Of a stretch of DNA of 32,000 nt, positions 28,693-32,000 are shown piece by piece. The DNA is from Cylindrospermopsis raciborskii Cr2010. GTDB taxonomy: Bacteria; Cyanobacteriota; Cyanobacteriia; Cyanobacteriales; Nostocaceae. The stretch is taken from positions 2,910,001-2,942,000 of the forward strand of contig NZ_CP065936.1 of NCBI RefSeq assembly GCF_003367075.2, in the 5' to 3' direction. Below the pieces are notes generated by a model. The model ran no database searches. It saw only the letters and a program-made list of their open reading frames with translations, and was not told the DNA's origin. The first letter of the stretch is position 1. Each line of letters starts with the position of its first letter. A program made the translations under genes and the position numbers.

Positions 28693-29310
28693 ATGCCATA
28701 TAGCCAGTTTACAATCCCTAAAGTTGTGGAAGATTTTGGACTCACCTTGATTGAAAGTGGGGCATTTCTCAATGCAACTCAAACTGTCACCCTCAGTCCT
28801 TATCTTGAGGAATTTATTACTAAAAATTTACAACTCGCCATTGCGCTGAATACCGAAAAAGCCCGTTCTGAATTAATTATTTGCCCTGTTTTGTTAGCAA
28901 TCAAAGAAACCTTACCCAGTATTAGCTTTTTTTCTGGGGAAGAATTTAACGTTGATGCCGATTTAGGTTTAAATGGGGTTTGTGATTACATTTTGAGCCA
29001 ATCCGCCGAGCAGTTGTATGTTACTGCTCCTGTAACAATGGTGGTGGAAGCGAAAAAGGAAAATCTCAAAGGGGGATTAGGGCAGTGTATTGCTGAAATG
29101 GTTGCCGCTTGGAAGTTTAATACAGAGCGCAACAGTACCATCAGTTGCATTTATGGTGTCGTAACCACTGGCACAGTGTGGCGATTTCTCAAATTACAGG
29201 AGCAAACCGTAACTATAGACCTTAATGAATATCCACTACCCCCAATTAACTCAATTTTGGCAAAACTGACCCAGATGATGTTCCCACAATCAATGGACAC
29301 CGTGCGATGA
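28693..29310 (+). CDS. hypothetical PD-(D/E)XK-like protein (205 aa), paralog 3 of 3
   Basis: The sequence SELIICPVLL...GVCDYILS...MVVEAKKENLKGGLGQCIAEMVAA. It starts 16 nt after the stop of the previous paralog, so the two are probably co-transcribed. Confidence 0.75.
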   Translation: MPYSQFTIPKVVEDFGLTLIESGAFLNATQTVTLSPYLEEFITKNLQLAIALNTEKARSELIICPVLLAIKETLPSISFFSGEEFNVDADLGLNGVCDYILSQSAEQLYVTAPVTMVVEAKKENLKGGLGQCIAEMVAAWKFNTERNSTISCIYGVVTTGTVWRFLKLQEQTVTIDLNEYPLPPINSILAKLTQMMFPQSMDTVR

Positions 29311-29593
29311 ATGAAGCAGTTGAATCTTTGAAATGTGCGATCGCCAATAAACTTACATAAACAACCTCAGTAGTTGAGTGGGGTAGAAACCAACTTGATT
29401 CAAGTTAAAATAAAATGCGATCGCTTAATGTGTGACTCAAAAAAATGTGGTAATTATCAGGTGTACAAATGTTGGGTTATTAAACTCAACCTACGGTATA
29501 ATACAGTATAGTGTTGATAACGACCATAGAAATTTTGTAGAGACCATACATACAAAGTCTACACAAGAGTTCTAAATAAGGAGATAATGAATC

Positions 29594-30493
29594 ATGTATC
29601 AAAGTGAAGCACCTCCACTAAAAACCATATCCACGGATTTACCCAGTCAGGATATTGATAAGGATATTGATGAAGAATTAGACTCTACAATTCATCCCCG
29701 TCCACCCTGGGAAACCTTGCCCACCATGTATGACCTACCCAGTGAAAATCCGGAGGAACCAGGTTTGCCAGACGAATTTCATGACTTTCAACCCCAATTA
29801 TTGCGTGAAACTTGCCAATCTTCAGTTTATCCCCGAGAGGAAATGTTTATTGGTACAGATTTAAACTTGTACTATGATGTGCATCATTTTTCATGGTATA
29901 AAAGACCAGATTGGTTTTTAGTATTAGGCGCACCCGCTTCTGAAACCCAGCAAGATATGCGGTTGAGTTATGTAATTTGGCAAGAAGGATTCGCTCCATT
30001 TTTAATAGTGGAATTATTATCACCAGGTACAGAAGGGGAAGATTTAGGAAAAACATTAAGAAGTGCCAATAAACCCCCAACAAAATGGCAAACTTATGAG
30101 CAGTATTTGCGCTCACCTTACTATATCATTTTCGACAGATATGAAAATCAACTGCGAGTATTCCAACTATTGGGAATAAAATATCAAGCGGTGGAACTGA
30201 CAGAGTCAAAATTCTGGTTTCCTGAGCTAAAATTGGGGGTAGGAGTTTGGTCAGGAAAATATCAAGGTATAGAAGGTTTATGGCTACGTTGGTATAATGA
30301 AGATGGTGATTGGATAGCTACTTTAGCTGAAACAGCAGAACAGGAAAAACTACGAGCAGAACAGGAGAAACTACGAGCAGAACAGGAAAAACTACGAGCA
30401 GAACAGGAAAAGCAACGAGCAGAACAGGAAAAACTACGGGCGGACAAATTAGCTGAAAAATTGGCAGCTCTGGGTGTAAGTTTGGATGAATAA
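29594..30493 (+). CDS. Uma2-family (DUF820) endonuclease, 299 aa, with a C-terminal heptad-repeat tail
   Basis: The sequence LPTMYDLPSENPEEPGLPDEFHDFQPQLL...DLNLYYD...PDWFLVLG...VVELLSPGTEGEDLGK is a typical Uma2 pattern. AAGGAGA lies about 10 nt upstream of the ATG. Confidence 0.85.
   Translation: MYQSEAPPLKTISTDLPSQDIDKDIDEELDSTIHPRPPWETLPTMYDLPSENPEEPGLPDEFHDFQPQLLRETCQSSVYPREEMFIGTDLNLYYDVHHFSWYKRPDWFLVLGAPASETQQDMRLSYVIWQEGFAPFLIVELLSPGTEGEDLGKTLRSANKPPTKWQTYEQYLRSPYYIIFDRYENQLRVFQLLGIKYQAVELTESKFWFPELKLGVGVWSGKYQGIEGLWLRWYNEDGDWIATLAETAEQEKLRAEQEKLRAEQEKLRAEQEKQRAEQEKLRADKLAEKLAALGVSLDE
30335..30439 (+). repeat. 5 x 21-bp in-frame tandem repeat (gcagaacaggaaaaactacga) encoding (AEQEKLR)5
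   Basis: Units start at 30335, 30356, 30377, 30398 and 30419 with 1-3 substitutions each. The repeat lies inside the 3' end of the Uma2 gene. Confidence 0.95.
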
Positions 30494-30504
30494 AATCCGC
30501 CACC

Positions 30505-30730
30505 ACAAAAGCTGGAGGGAAAACCCTTCATGAAGTCGGGTTCGTTTTCAGTCGCAGCAAGCGTAACTTCATTTAACCGCATTGAGAATAAGCTAAGATA
30601 GACCAGTATGGTTTATCTTAACCCAGCCCACAAATCATCTACGACAGAACAAGTCGCTTGAAAACCGAATTAGGCTTTGAGACAGGGAATTGATTCCTTG
30701 TCTCCCCCAGGGACAGTCTCCAGGTGTGGG
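30505..30730 (+). pseudogene. diverged relic of the paralog unit: last ~30 codons of the ATPase-nuclease gene plus the linker, ending exactly at the unit junction
   Basis: aaaagctggagggaaaacccttcatgaagtcgggttcgttttcagtcgcagcaagcgtaacttcatttaaccgcattgagaataagctaagata aligns with aaaagtataggggagaacc...ttcatgaagtggggttggttttcagtcgcagcaaacgtaacctcattcaagcagattgggaataaattaagata. It is followed by ...gaaaaccgaattaggctttgagacagggaattgattccttgtctcccccagggacagtctccaggtgtggg. Confidence 0.8.
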
Positions 30731-30844
30731 AAGACAGGTTGAGTATTTATTGATCGGCGGTTATGCTTTAAGATACTATGGTTAAAGAGACAAGTATATA
30801 ATTCAATCTTGGGAACAGCGATTAAATACAGGAGATGTTTAATA

Positions 30845-31624
30845 ATGTATCAAAGTGATGTGTATAGCAAACCCAGCTATGAGCCATTACCTCCTCAAGA
30901 AACATTACCAACAATGTATGACCTACCTAGCGAATATCCGGAGGAACCAGGCTTGCCAGACGAATTTCACCTTTTACAACCAGAATTATTGCGTAGCACC
31001 TTTTGTCCACCTTCTTATCCAAAAGATAATGTATTCATAGGTAGTGACTTAAATTTATACTATGACAGTAAGCATACACAATGGTATAAACGCCCTGATT
31101 GGTTTGCAGTTTTAGGTGTATCCCGTTTTTATGAACAAACAGAACTAAGATTAAGTTATGTTACTTGGTGTGAAGGAACATATCCATTTGTTGTGGTAGA
31201 ACTAATATCACCAGGAACGGAAAAGGAAGACCTAGGTAAAAATTTACGAGAAGTTAATCAACCCCCTAATAAATGGACAGTATATGAGCAAATTCTAAGA
31301 ATCCCCTATTATTTTGTCTATAACCGTTATACCAACGAATTTCACTGTTTTGGTTTAGTAATGAACCGTTATCAACCGCTATCTATTAATGGATTAGGAA
31401 TATGGCTAGAAGAAGCTGAATTGGGTTTAGGATTATGGGTTGGAGAATATCAAGGACTAACCAGACAATGGTTGCGTTGGTATGATAAAGATAATAATTG
31501 GTTGCCTACTCCAGAAGAAAGAGCAACCCAACTGGCAAAACAAGAAAAACAGCGGGCAGATTTAGCGGAAGCAGAATTAGCTAAACTAAGACAATTAATA
31601 GCAGAACAAGGAATTAATTTGTAA
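30845..31624 (+). CDS. Uma2-family (DUF820) endonuclease (259 aa from ATG 30845)
   Basis: The track ORF starts at TTG 30809. I prefer ATG 30845 (MYQSDVYSKP...) because AGGAGA lies about 8 nt upstream and the paralog at 29594 also starts with MYQSE. Uma2 motifs are as in the 29594 gene. Confidence 0.85.
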   Translation: MYQSDVYSKPSYEPLPPQETLPTMYDLPSEYPEEPGLPDEFHLLQPELLRSTFCPPSYPKDNVFIGSDLNLYYDSKHTQWYKRPDWFAVLGVSRFYEQTELRLSYVTWCEGTYPFVVVELISPGTEKEDLGKNLREVNQPPNKWTVYEQILRIPYYFVYNRYTNEFHCFGLVMNRYQPLSINGLGIWLEEAELGLGLWVGEYQGLTRQWLRWYDKDNNWLPTPEERATQLAKQEKQRADLAEAELAKLRQLIAEQGINL

Positions 31625-31680
31625 GTACAAAGTACAGATGGTGGGTTTTCTCAACCCCTCCTATTTTTGAGGTATACACA

Positions 31681-31753
31681 ATGCGAATTGTCGATTATGA
31701 GGCGGACTTTTATGCTTGGGCTAACCAGCAGGCAGAACTTCTGCGACAACAGC
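31681..31753 (+). pseudogene. DUF29 gene, 5' fragment (first ~24 codons)
   Basis: 31603-31753 duplicates 27066-27213, which covers the Uma2 3' end, a 56-nt spacer and the DUF29 start MRIVDYEADFYAWANQQAELLRQQ. Homology stops abruptly at 31753. Confidence 0.8.
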
Positions 31754-32000
31754 GGTAATTCCTTCTTCCTTGCTACCGTTTGTCCCAATTTTGAAGGGGG
31801 GTAATAGTGAGGTAAATCTGCGTCAGGCTCTACTCAATATGATCTCGGTTCATACCAACCAGACTCACCCACAGCTACGAGAGTCGAGTGGCAGGGTTTT
31901 TCTGTCTCAATTTTAACCTATAACCAATAATCACCCACGACAAAACCAGTCGGGTTTAACCCACTTGAGCTTTGCGATCTTCTGTATGGAGTGCTTAGCA

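Noticed and set aside
30262-30582. Minus-strand ORFs across the 21-bp repeat (30262-30582, 30318-30506; also 29847-30116)
   Set aside because: These repetitive low-complexity translations (SCSAR..., FPVLLV...) are generated by the antisense of the heptad repeat within the Uma2 gene.

Overview
The window looks cyanobacterial: it has HIP1 GCGATCGC octamers at 882, 1291, 29337 and 29417, and the DUF29, Uma2 and AAA-ATPase_like protein families are typical of Nostocales-type genomes. It is an accessory region with three parts. (1) 1-1140: two minus-strand genes of unknown function, a partial membrane protein and an 83-aa protein. (2) About 1.16-26.36 kb: a head-to-tail array of 12 paralogous ~1.55-kb genes. 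Each encodes a predicted AAA-ATPase_like N-terminal domain fused to a C-terminal PD-(D/E)XK nuclease domain (PF09820/PF08011-like architecture, recognised from memory). Five copies are intact, six are frame-disrupted and one is 5'-truncated. The genes are interleaved with nine blocks of a 123-bp tandem repeat, holding 0.8 to 8 units each and about 41 units in total. The repeat shares both of its ends with the gene-bearing unit. The paralogs are mosaics of discrete cassette alleles: the 11 full-length copies realise 11 of the 12 possible 2x2x3 combinations, each exactly once. (3) 26.4-31.8 kb: a nuclease-rich island with three ~204-aa PD-(D/E)XK-like paralogs, a DUF29 gene plus a 5' fragment of a second, two intact Uma2-family genes plus a truncated third, and an older relic of the ATPase-nuclease unit. 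The six frame-disrupted paralogs carry dense local patches of 1-2 nt indels that look more like long-read consensus errors than natural decay, so those pseudogene calls are provisional. No rRNA, tRNA, CRISPR array, transposase or integrase was recognised.
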